From NCBI GenBank assembly GCA_965285935.1, contig OZ260663.1:23498001-23562000 (forward strand): a stretch of 64,000 nt of DNA, written 5' to 3'. Of this stretch, positions 42,521 through 53,408 are shown piece after piece. A program made the translations under genes and the position numbers. The notes under the pieces were generated by a model. The model saw nothing but the letters and a program-made list of their open reading frames with translations. It did no database searches and was not told the DNA's origin. Origin of the DNA: Ophelia neglecta (lineage: Eukaryota). Each line of letters starts with the position of its first letter. Positions within the stretch are counted from its first letter, which is position 1.

Positions 42521-43754
42521 TATTCTGCGATGACGACGGTCGCTGAAGCCACTGGCGGTATACCCGTTCTGGAATAATTCATTTGCCGCCAATACCAACT
42601 CACTCTGAGATTTTATTACCCAAACATAACTACCCTTGGAGTCTTCCTTCCGAAAAAAAAATAGTTAAATCGCAAAAAGCACTAGATATTACCATAATCT
42701 ACCATAGCCATAAGATATGATGGCCCCGAAATAAGTTAAGAGGGAAATTTGGGGGGGGGGGGGGGGGGAGGGGAAGTTTACAAACCAATTGAATTTTTGA
42801 GTTCACGTGGCTATGGAGATGGTTTTCTTCGTTTGGACCATCAAGGAAAATAGTGAAGGCAACAAAAGTTACCGAGAGTTCAATGCCGATGCCAATAGAT
42901 ATTGCAAATTTTCAGACATTATCATAAGCAGTATTATCTAATTGGTAGCTGATTATATATAGTTCAAGGAAAAGGGCAAAACTTTCAAGCACGGTACTCA
43001 CTAATCTGCGCATAGTTTAAAAGTCGTCTGCCGGATCTTGTTTATCTCAATCGCCCCACCTGGTGTGGATGATTGTAACAATTATCCGGCTCTAATTGCT
43101 GACACAACTGCGTGAGACCGGGGCACTTTATAATGGGCAATAATTTGGAGATATGGAGAGGAGCGTCCTCTCTCTGACATTTGGGCGTCGGCTAATTAAA
43201 CATATTAGGCCGAGGGTGGTAAAGGGTGATATATACGACAGGTGTTCCCGGACTTGCCAATCTGTTTGAGATATACGGCTAATGCTGAATGGGGGGCCAT
43301 GTTCAGTGAGAATCCAGGATCGTTCCTAGTTAGGATGAGTCAGGTCAACACTGAGCTGCTGGAAAACTCCGGATCTATCAGAAAGGTGGCGTAAATCGCC
43401 GATATATATATATATATAACTTTATTTCCTCCGATATCGAAGAGTACACCATATAAAAGTGAATATAGAAATAATATATTTAACGTGAAAAAGCGAAAAA
43501 AAAAAGAAAAGGAAAAAAAGTTACGTGTCAATTGAAACGTTAAATATCATAATTAATCAAATCCATTTTAAGAAATTAACAAGCTAAGTTGCTTAAACAT
43601 ATCACCATTATCATTCCCGTCATTAAAGCGTCTAGTCTCAGAACCTACTCCTCTCACCTAGTACTCAACAATAAAAACAATCACATAAAGACATACATAA
43701 TACAAACGTACTCCAATTTGCTACAATGTGATTGTCGCATGGGGTACATCAGTT

Positions 43755-46700
43755 TTACCGACTTTTCCAAATAATATTTTTGCATACATCGCAATTCCAA
43801 ATATGTTTGCCTACTTCTTTAAATACTTTGGCAGCCCATGTCAAAATCACTATAACCTCATCTGCCTCAATGTCTTCACCGGGACAGCCAAGCATAGTTA
43901 GGGCAAGGTCCCTATTCGAGCAAGTCTCTATATAATTGACAAAATACGGTGACACATTGTCGGTTACTGTCCAAAACACTTCTCGATGAGTTGCATAGTG
44001 AGAGCACTCAGTAAGTCTGTGAACTATAAGGTCTCGAAAATTGTCCCCACATAAGTGACACGATCCAAGAAGACTAAAAGGTACCACGTACAGTTTTGCG
44101 TAGTCCCTAACAGCAGCCCTACTACTCAGGCAGAATCGGTGAGTTTGCCAGAGAAGTTGCGGACTGGACATTTCATTTATGACCAAATTATAATGGAGTT
44201 GGTCCACACTACTTAAACTCGAGTCCGTTACGAAAGAATTCTCTGATATCCTAACATTCTCAGCAACCATAACTTTCCACTGAGAGTTTGACGGGAATGA
44301 GGCGTGCTCAATAAACGACTGAAGAGTGTCCATAAGACCATACTTGCTTAGTAGGTTAAGCAAGTCGTTCACAAAGCCTTTTGTAGTATGGTTATTAGCC
44401 TGAGTAACGGCAGAGCACAGTCTGAGTAGAAAGAGTTTCTTTATACTTGAGTCCGGTAATCGGCAAATTCTTCCAAAGAATCGGAGCTTACGCATTGCAA
44501 ATTCACTAAAGAGAGACCACCATCCAATCATTGCAAGAGTCATTTGGGAGTTGGATTGTGGGTGGAAACCCTGAATATATCTAGCGCAAGCCCTATGACA
44601 TCTCTCCAACTCCTGTAACTGGCTGCTGGTAAGGTCATTCCAGAGTTCACAACCATAGAAAGCACTTGGCACTACAGTGCTTTTGTAGAGTTTGGTGAGA
44701 GTTATTGGGCCAGCTCCCAGCCTAGAGAGGGCTGCAATCTGCCCCCTGGCTCTCTTACAGGCATCTGACGTTCGGCTTCCGGAGCTAAACCTATCGTTAA
44801 GCCGTATACCAACATGTGTCTCTTCGTCAACTACAGGTAGCTGTGTCCCGTCGAGAAGCCAATGCACTTGATTTTGTTTTAATTTTGTCCGACGTTTCCC
44901 GAAAATCATTATTTTACTTTTCCCGGGGTTGAATCTAAACCGCCATTGTTTCGCATAGTTCGAACAAATATTAATCATGTTTTGTAAGTCATTAGGATAC
45001 AGAGAGAGCAACACAATATCATCTGCCTGAGTGGGGCATCCGGTGAATATGTCCATTACTCGCGCTCCCAACCCAGAGTCCTGCAACTGCCATAGCATTT
45101 CATCGTAAAATATCATAAAGAACCACGGGCCAAGAACAGCTCCTTGTCTCACAGATTGATTGACAGCTATGCTTTGCGACAGTTCACCATCTACGAGTAT
45201 TTTATTAGTCATATCAGTATATGAGTTTACAAGTAGTTTCCATGTTTTTCCACGTATGCCGAGTTTATTAAGCTTCACAAAGAGGCCAGCATGCCACACC
45301 ACATCGAATGCAGTAGCAGAGTCAAGAAAGCAGGCATACACGGGGCTTCCTCTCTCTACATGGAATCTAATAGTGTCCTGGAGTACATAGGAGGTCATCA
45401 AACTACACATTCCTCGCTGATAGCCAAACTGAAGTGGGTGTGGAAAGGGCCTAAGCCGCCGACAGTCACCGAGCCAACGTTGCAGGCGGAGTAAGATGAC
45501 TCGCTCAAACACTTTAAATATTACTGGCAGTAGAGTTATTCCGCGGTGATTCAGTCGGTCATCTGCGTGTTTACGTGAACCTTTGTAAATCGTAATAACG
45601 ATGCCTTGTTTCATGGGCTTTGGTACATAGCTCCTGGTGTACATGTCATTAAATAAAGCTACTAGATACTTGTATAAAGTACCTCCTCCATATTTGAGAT
45701 GTTCGTGTGTAATTCCATCGTGCCCGGAAGCCTTGCGCAATTTGAGATTGCGAATAACATTGCTCACCTCACACTCTGATACAGGATCTTCCATTACTTC
45801 GTCCAGTTCATGTCCTGTATTTTGTTTGAGTCTTAAGAATTCTTCTTCTATATACGTCTTATGGTCTTGCTTAAATCTTTGATCAGTCAGTGGAGTATAT
45901 AAGCGAGAAAAGTGTTCTGTCCAGGCAAGCCGTTTCTCGTCCGCTGCCCTTAGAATTTTATCATTTATTCTGAGATCCAAAGCACGCGTGGATCCTTTAT
46001 TTCGAGTTCTTTTTAACAAATAGAACAGTTTCTTTTGGTCGGCCTCCGCTGCATGCTCGATTTCTGTGTGTATGCTATCCTTCAGCGCGGCTTCGTGTCT
46101 CCGGATTGTAGCTCTGTAAATTCGCTTGATATCCTTGTATTCTCTATAAGATCTGAATTCATTGCCACGCGGTTTGCCTTCGTCTTTCCACAGGTTGACC
46201 TTTTCACGAAGCTCGGTGTGTATTTCGGGTAGACCGCTGTCTTTCCAGTAGGGCTTGACATGTGGTTTGTACCTAGACACTGGTATATTTATTTTAGCAC
46301 ATTTGTCCATTGTATCGATGATTATTTGGTAACTGTTAGTTAAGTCTTCGTCACTCTGATGTTTTCCCAAATTAAATCCATCAAGTTTCTTTGCTAGTTT
46401 TGTATTCAGACTGCGTGTGTAACCGTCTGCTATTTCCTGATTTGACAGTTTCCCCCAATTAAGAAATGTTCTTGTCGTGGGGGTTTTGACAGTTTGTACT
46501 GGTCCCAAGTTCAAGCATGCCATGACTGGCGTGTGATCACTTACGTTCAGCACATCTCTCTCAAGGACACAACTGGTCAACACAAGGTCATACATGTTCA
46601 GCGGAAGCAAGATGTGATCAATGAGGCTATGTAAGTTCTCGCCCTGCTTGAAGCTGAATAATGGGCCGGTACAATAATTCACCACAGAGAGAGAGAGGAA

Positions 46701-47357
46701 GTCATTTCTGTCCATAAACAGCTTCAATAATTTTGTCCGTTTGTTAACATTAATCTGTTGAAGCCTAGGTCCTTCTACACCAGCGTTCATGTCCCCCATG
46801 ATAATCACCCTACTATAGACAGAGTATTCATGATAAAGTGAGTCAAGCATGTCTATACACTCGTTAAACGATGCATCCGAGTTGTTCGACGAAGGTAGGT
46901 ACACAGCAAAGAGAGTGATATACTGTTTTTTCCCATATTCAATTTCGATTCCAACGATTCTGTCACAGTTTGTTGGCAGTGTTTTAATCTTATTTGTCCA
47001 TTTTCTATTCCAAATAAGTGCCACCCCACCTTTTCCCCTCCTATAAGAGTTCAATGAATCGAGTGAGGAATCTGTTACGCCGTAACAAGCATAGTCTTTA
47101 TGCATACAGCCCAGCAAATGAAGGCTGTTTGGAAATAGCCAATGTTCGGTGAGGGCCAAGACATCGAGGTCATATGAGGCCAAAAGCTCCTGTATGTATC
47201 CAGCATTCCTCATGCTTCCCTGGCAGTTGAATTCGGCGATTTTTATTTTCATTTCTTTCATACTGCTAGTAAATGTTCTTTTAATCCCTCCAATGGCGGG
47301 CATACACCCCTTTCGGCCAAAAGTCTTTCGAAAGTATCGCGTCCGTGAATACTTCAT
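43755..47357 (-). CDS. LINE ORF2: AP endonuclease + reverse transcriptase + C-terminal CCHC-like finger (likely start at Met 47261)
   Basis: APE motifs EFNCQG, LTEHWL, GKGGVA, AVYLP, GDMNA, IDHIL, SDHTPV. RT motifs KASGHDGI, RGITLLP, QFGY, FLDSATAFDVV, VRQGAVLGP, PTQADD, FNPGKSK. C-terminal CHLC-x9-H-x4-C. 1200 uninterrupted codons. Confidence 0.95.
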   Translation of the reverse strand: MKYSRTRYFRKTFGRKGCMPAIGGIKRTFTSSMKEMKIKIAEFNCQGSMRNAGYIQELLASYDLDVLALTEHWLFPNSLHLLGCMHKDYACYGVTDSSLDSLNSYRRGKGGVALIWNRKWTNKIKTLPTNCDRIVGIEIEYGKKQYITLFAVYLPSSNNSDASFNECIDMLDSLYHEYSVYSRVIIMGDMNAGVEGPRLQQINVNKRTKLLKLFMDRNDFLSLSVVNYCTGPLFSFKQGENLHSLIDHILLPLNMYDLVLTSCVLERDVLNVSDHTPVMACLNLGPVQTVKTPTTRTFLNWGKLSNQEIADGYTRSLNTKLAKKLDGFNLGKHQSDEDLTNSYQIIIDTMDKCAKINIPVSRYKPHVKPYWKDSGLPEIHTELREKVNLWKDEGKPRGNEFRSYREYKDIKRIYRATIRRHEAALKDSIHTEIEHAAEADQKKLFYLLKRTRNKGSTRALDLRINDKILRAADEKRLAWTEHFSRLYTPLTDQRFKQDHKTYIEEEFLRLKQNTGHELDEVMEDPVSECEVSNVIRNLKLRKASGHDGITHEHLKYGGGTLYKYLVALFNDMYTRSYVPKPMKQGIVITIYKGSRKHADDRLNHRGITLLPVIFKVFERVILLRLQRWLGDCRRLRPFPHPLQFGYQRGMCSLMTSYVLQDTIRFHVERGSPVYACFLDSATAFDVVWHAGLFVKLNKLGIRGKTWKLLVNSYTDMTNKILVDGELSQSIAVNQSVRQGAVLGPWFFMIFYDEMLWQLQDSGLGARVMDIFTGCPTQADDIVLLSLYPNDLQNMINICSNYAKQWRFRFNPGKSKIMIFGKRRTKLKQNQVHWLLDGTQLPVVDEETHVGIRLNDRFSSGSRTSDACKRARGQIAALSRLGAGPITLTKLYKSTVVPSAFYGCELWNDLTSSQLQELERCHRACARYIQGFHPQSNSQMTLAMIGWWSLFSEFAMRKLRFFGRICRLPDSSIKKLFLLRLCSAVTQANNHTTKGFVNDLLNLLSKYGLMDTLQSFIEHASFPSNSQWKVMVAENVRISENSFVTDSSLSSVDQLHYNLVINEMSSPQLLWQTHRFCLSSRAAVRDYAKLYVVPFSLLGSCHLCGDNFRDLIVHRLTECSHYATHREVFWTVTDNVSPYFVNYIETCSNRDLALTMLGCPGEDIEADEVIVILTWAAKVFKEVGKHIWNCDVCKNIIWKSR

Positions 47358-48060
47358 TGATTGTCAATATTGCAGCAAAGCCGTCCGTTGTTTTACTTTT
47401 CATGACACTTACTTCAATGGCATCAAAGTAGTAGTTTTCTCTTAGGAAACCATGGATCATTTCAGCCGTCGTTTCTTCCCTTATATTTCCAAGGTAAAAC
47501 TTAGCAATACCTTCTGGCAATGTATCTTTAACAGTTCTTTTTGTGTCACGTCGGTAGTATGTTTGTGTATCGTGTGTATTCACGTTGTGCCTTTTCCTTG
47601 CTTGGTTCATGGGCTGGTCTGGCTCCGTCCTTCTTATTCTGACGGGTATTTGCGAATACATATTTTCTCCGTTTAGCCCATAGTCCGCTGGTCGAACAGT
47701 CATATCTGCTACCTGCTGCGGTTGCATTTCTCGATGTACACCACTCGTGAGAGTATTTAACTTGGAGGAATACAGGGGCTTGGTACGGGGCAGGGAAGGT
47801 GAATATGGCAATCTCGGGAAAGCTGCATGTCTTTCCAATTTTTCAATGTCATCGAGCATGCTATACATCATTTTTCCATTAGCTTCCCAGAGCTTTCCTT
47901 CTTCATCTTTCGATCTTTCTAAATTGTTTATTCTATCGCGTAACTGTTTCTGGTTCTCCTTGACCTTTTGTGCTGCTATGTCATGATTCGCCCTAATTTG
48001 CTGAATATTTGCCTTGATGTCATTGTTACTGTCAAGACTCTGCGAAACAGTGGAACGTTT
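47281..48060 (-). CDS. LINE ORF1, C-terminal part (coiled coil + RRM-like region + FWPKGVYARHW tail); N-terminus missing
   Basis: Frame stays open upstream of the Met at 47871 with coiled-coil-like IKANIQQIRANHDIAAQKVKENQKQLRDRINNLE. RNP2-like KFYLGNI and a terminal FWPxGVxxRxW motif typical of LINE ORF1 ends. Confidence 0.75.
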   Translation of the reverse strand, partial: KRSTVSQSLDSNNDIKANIQQIRANHDIAAQKVKENQKQLRDRINNLERSKDEEGKLWEANGKMMYSMLDDIEKLERHAAFPRLPYSPSLPRTKPLYSSKLNTLTSGVHREMQPQQVADMTVRPADYGLNGENMYSQIPVRIRRTEPDQPMNQARKRHNVNTHDTQTYYRRDTKRTVKDTLPEGIAKFYLGNIREETTAEMIHGFLRENYYFDAIEVSVMKSKTTDGFAAILTINEVFTDAILSKDFWPKGVYARHWRD

Positions 48061-50156
48061 GTGAGCAAAGCCGAAAAGATATACCCATGCAGGTGTTATG
48101 CATGGGGAATTCTTCCACCTAAAGTTTAAGCCTATGCCACCAATAAAGCGAATTGGTTTACTTTCTTTTTCAGACTTGATAAAAGTATAAGACTAGCGGC
48201 CCTTGTCAGGTGAGGTCGGTATCAATTACCCTTGGTGAGATTTGACACGAGAAATCTTGTGCGCCAAGTTTGGCAACCAGCCGCTCCCAGCTGAGTTCGA
48301 CTGAGCAGATTTGGGACTCTTGACGGAGTCCACATTTGGCAGTCTTGGCGTGACCACTCGCAGCCGACCCCAAAATAACTCACGTGTCTGTCACGTCGCC
48401 CATATGACTGCCAAATTATGATATATATACTGATATCAAAATGATTTGATAAGCAAAACTTAATCCTCTATGCACTTTAATACGGTTAGGATATCTTTTT
48501 CAGATAAGATAATAGCACCACAAAGATTGATTACTTAATTCAATTATTTTCTTAATTGCTTTTTAATTTCTTTTTTTTTCTTCGTAGAACGAAACCTTTC
48601 TATATATCACAATATCAGAACTTTGTCATAAATCTGAACCCAAGATACGTTCCTATCTGGTTTTCATTTTAGTTGTATTTTTGCTATATTTTAAATTAAC
48701 TGTTCACGATATGTTTCTAGTCCAAATTCGCTTGTGACCTATTGAACCTTTGCCAAAGTTTTGCCCTGACAGAATATGGCGTGGCTATTACAGAAAGTTA
48801 ATTTTCATCAGCGTCGCCAAGCATTTCTGGTTTTTTGTTTCTTTTTGTTGGAAATTTCAGAGAAAACCGTCTTGCTTTACAAGAGGAAGCCAACAGGCTT
48901 TGAAACTCTGTGTAGCACGGTGTCCGACGCAGCTAATAACTGGTTATGGGGTTTTATTCATTCTTAGCGGGCTAAATAAACACTAAGGCTTTAACCTATC
49001 ATACATGATACTACTTTGTGATAAAACGTTGATTTCGAACTTTTCATTTATTGAGACACCTAAATGATTCTGTGTCTAATGCTTACAAATATTATCATCA
49101 ACCTGAGATGATGCCACCTCTTGTATTATGTGAAACGTTGCTGGTCTCTCTCTCCTCGCTTTTTACTCAACAGCTGAGCTAATTTGTATCTCACTGGTCC
49201 ACCGTCTTGAGTAAAGATCGGGTATCTCAGAGGCGCTTTACAGTACAATGATCAAGAAAATGTGTGGGGTGTTCCCGCAGCTTGTGTCCAGGAGGTTGAG
49301 GAGTGTCGGAGGGATGGCGGGCCGGGGTGGGAGCGGGGGGTGTTCCGGTGTCTGGGAGTACCAGGGACCCCCTCTCCTTCCCCCGCTGGATGATGGATTG
49401 CCGGGGACGGGACCAGATCGGGAATCCTCGCGGGAAGGCGCCGACTAACCGGCTAATATCAACGGCACTAATTAGCCGCACAAGCCCCGAGATTCCTCTC
49501 CCGGTGGGATAGGGCCGAAACTAATCCACATTAAGGCTTAATCGCCCTTGATCTACCTGAAATACCTCAGGTAGGAAAGCCAATTATTGGCCTATAGACG
49601 ACTGTTGCGAACAATGACAACACAAAAATTTGAAATTCGTAACAAATTATATTAATAGGCCTAGATCATCGATCCTAGCCGCCATGGCATAGAGACCTAA
49701 CTCCGGCCGTCCGTCTGTGATGTGGAGAGTCGGGAACCCCTCTGGGATGTACCATCTTCGTCCTTGTGATTAGCTGGGGGTCCTTGGCCGAGGATTTCGG
49801 GGCTGGTGCGAGACTTGCCCTGAACATTTAACAACCACTGTTCGAGCTAAGATATATGAATTCTTGCAATGTTTTATTGCAATAAATTAGTATAATTTTT
49901 CCCTAAAGTAATTTCAGATCGATAAATGAGCGACCTGAGGAGCCTACTATTTCACTCAATATCCTCTCATATTTTTCATCGGATTCAAATTAATGGAAAC
50001 TATAGTTTGTAATAACTGTAATATAATCGCCTGCCTGTGTTCAAAGTGTTCCTAATTTACTAACCGGAACAAGCCAACTAGTCCGATACTTTCGTTGTCT
50101 TTGGTCAATACACAGCAAACTGGCGATAAGTAATAGTCGTGGCAGAAAAGTCAATA

Positions 50157-50343
50157 CAGTGAAACCTGCCTTAAAGACCACCTCTATAATCAGACCACCT
50201 GACAATTCAGACCACTAATATGAGGACCATGCTGTACACTTTCAATGTTAAATAACCTGTATAAGACTAGTAGACTAGCTACCTCTGAAATCAGACCAGC
50301 ATTTTGCAGTCCCATTGGAGGTCTTAATTCACAGGTTTCACAG
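50157..50343. mobile_element. Tc1/mariner-pogo-type MITE, second copy (inverted relative to 30269)
   Basis: TA|CAGTGAAACCTG ... CAGGTTTCACAG|TA with internal TCAGACCAC repeats. Confidence 0.85.
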
Positions 50344-52576
50344 TACATGTTACTCCTGGTTGTGGCTTTTGACATGGTTAAACAGAGTATATAGCCCCTT
50401 CAGATATCAACAAAATGTTGCTAGTGCCTCTCCTCAAGTATTAAGAATGTCCTACACTAATAAGCTTCCGGTTTTGACATATATATAGCTGTCATATTAT
50501 TCCAGGTTTATAATGGCTCTCACAGGTCTGATTGGGAACAGCCTAAAACTCTATAAAATAAAGGTTGAAAGAGCGTTCTTATCGGATTTTTCGACACTCC
50601 GTTATTTTTAAAGAGTTATCTGTTGCGCATAAAGACGCTAAGGAAAGGTTGAAACGTCGTTTAGATCTTGAATCCGCCTAACACTATGCCTATTGATGCT
50701 TTGAAAAATCACCAAAAACTACTCTCCTGTGGAGATGATTTCTCGTACGTGTCTACGCCTGTCAGAAGAAAGCTATAGCAGACAGAAATATGAGAAATAG
50801 GAAAAGATAGAACCATTAATCTGTTTCCAAACTGTCAAGGGATGATCACGCATGAAATTTCTCTAATAGCGCGATGACAAATCGACTGGGCGATATTACA
50901 GAATACAGCGCATTACCAGTGGGAGATGAACAACGACACCATTAAAATCTAATTCAGCTGTTAAATTTTGGCTTAAATAAAAGACATTAAAAGAGAAGTG
51001 GTGCAAACAACGGAGTGAGAGAAGCCACCAACACTCAACTGTCTAAAGAATTACACATAACACAAACATTTTGTAGAACTGAAATATTTAGTTCCAAAAA
51101 TACCCACCTTGTTATGGTTCTCCCCACCCGTGGTTTTCCTCGAACACTTGTTCATCGTTAAAAATGTAATTCATCCAAGAAAATTTGACCTATTTCATAA
51201 AAGTTTTATTATGTTTTATCTACATGTTTTACCATCGAAACATAGAAGGTGATAATTTATTTCTTACTCCAATAATCTTACTACAGAAAAATCGCCATGG
51301 TGTGAGATTTGGAGATATTTATATTTTTTTTTATATTAATTTTCCTAATGATTGGTTATGCTTGGCCAGATTTCAACAGGAGACTGAGAGCCTCGGGCGA
51401 CCAAAAAGGAAGAAAAAAAACAAAAACACCTATCTTAACGTCTGTGACAACCAACCTTTGTTAAAATCAATCCCAGTCTCTCTTTATTTTACTTCTGAAA
51501 CCAATGTTAATACACATCGTTTGGTATAACCTACAGCTCTTTGTTTTGCCGTTTGGGAGGTGGAGATTGTTGTATTGATATGTGTCGGGCTGCCTGTATC
51601 CGACGATTCCGAACCCATTAATGCACTATTCTAGAATAATTGCTTTGTCTGCCTTCAATCCATTCCCGTTTTTTAATAGTGTTTGGCAACAATGTCCATT
51701 GTAAATTTGTGTTAAAGATGTCAGGTTAGTGTCTAGGTCAGCTTATATTACTAAAGGTCTTATTTATTCGGGGTTATTAATTCCATGGCCTGGGAATACA
51801 TACTTCTTACTTTTGAATGTTATCGTGAGAACCTTGCCCAGTTGTCCTATCCTGTTTACTACTCCTCCACTAGCTTTGAGTAGTAACTGAAATAACAGAA
51901 TACCTTCATTACACGTTTGGCCCTGGTGGGGGGTGGGCAAGGGGGAAGGGGGACGCTAGGGGTGGGTAGAGGGTGGAAATCGTTTGAAATTCCGGGGGAG
52001 GCAGATTAGAGATCTGTTCTTACTTAGGGAACATGTGCCCATGGTAAATGAGATTAGTTAATCAGTAGAAATTCTCTAATTTACTCGTATATTATTACTG
52101 TATCTTTTTACTCGTTAAAATTATCATTTGTTGAAACACGTCACGCGTTGACATTTCCATGTAATAAAGCCCATGATATATGTGTACTTGTATCTTTACG
52201 TCGGGATAAGTTCCGCCAAATAAAAAACAAATCGAATTCATAAGGAGAGATCCGATATCGATGCCATCAAACGGTTTTTATATGAAATGAAATGTAAGTT
52301 TAAATAGGTAGAATCTGATGTAAAAAGTTCAATTATTGTTATTCAAGCAATACATATACTACCACTCGCAAAATAATAATAGCTATTGTCATAAAAAGTG
52401 ACAATTTCGTTAAGCATTCTCTCGTGCTCATTTAAACCTGAATGCCCATAAAACGGAGAGGTCTTTATTTGGGATTCAGATAAGCTAAAGATGGGAGCCA
52501 ATGAAGTTCCAATCCGTTTTTATAAAACAAAACAAAACAAAACAAAACAAAACAACTGTTTGTTAGGTTTAATCTC

Positions 52577-52582
52577 TTTATT
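52577..52582 (-). terminator. Polyadenylation signal of BRICHOS gene A
   Basis: AATAAA on the minus strand followed by a (TTTTG)n GU-rich element; the same arrangement is conserved in paralogue B at 59402-59407. Confidence 0.65.
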
Positions 52583-53408
52583 CGGCGACTATCAAGGCGC
52601 TGTTACAAACAAATAGATCCAGTTAAACTTACCAAATAAGGTTTAATGTATAACTTTCATTGACTGTCTGCAATCAGCTCCTATCCATGACATTTGGCGA
52701 ATAAAATGAGTTATTTTACCTTACTGCTTACCAAGTACAGAGAAAGAAGTTATGGCTTTCGAAATGTCGGACAAATGATCTTTATCTTAACAAAAAAAGA
52801 GAATATTTGTTGGAAATTAGATCTACATTGAATCCTTGTCGAGAGCGCTTAGAAAGAACGTAAGAACCAATTTGTCTTTACAAAACAAATTCAATGACCA
52901 TTATTAATTATAATTATAATAATTCAAATTCAGAGCATGCAGCACGATGTTGTGGGTGGATGGTGCCAGACTTGATGGTTCTCCTTTAACACGCTCGGAC
53001 AAATCTTATTTGATTATTTAGACACACCACTTTAAGGGTTAATCCTCTGCTTTTTAGGGGTGTTTTGCAATCTGCTCAACATTTCTAATAGAAAGACCAA
53101 TTGGACAAGTCATACTTTTTGGACATTGTTTGTCATACGAGCGCTAAATCCAAATAATTTCTTATTGTTGAGCCATCAATGACTATAATTAAAAGTAACA
53201 GAGTATAGGATAACCAATATGCTACGGACCAATACCTTTCCCAAAACTAATTTTAGGTGCTTTCGTCACATTCTATTTATATAGACAAAAGTAGGGCATG
53301 GGGAGTAATTACTATCATCCCGATATGGTACTCATGTATCACCTATAATTAGCTATAGAACCGAATGACAGAATGAGATTCTAGTCGCGCTACAGCTCGT
53401 CTTGCCTG

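Larger units (their letters stand above)
43402..48080 (-). mobile_element. Non-LTR retrotransposon (LINE, most like RTE-X), 5'-truncated, 3' end intact
   Basis: Partial ORF1, intact ORF2, about 330-nt 3' UTR ending in AATAAA followed by a (TA)n tail at ~43402-43418. The 5' boundary is approximate. Confidence 0.9.

Noticed and set aside
47281-47357. Programmed ribosomal frameshift between LINE ORF1 and ORF2
   Set aside because: Would need a +1 shift and no clear slippery site is visible; reinitiation at Met 47261 is simpler.
14-52400. Most 60-140 aa ORFs in the track, including poly-Pro/Gly ones and antisense ORFs over real genes
   Set aside because: Expected by chance, produced by G/C homopolymers, or shadows of genuine coding sequence.
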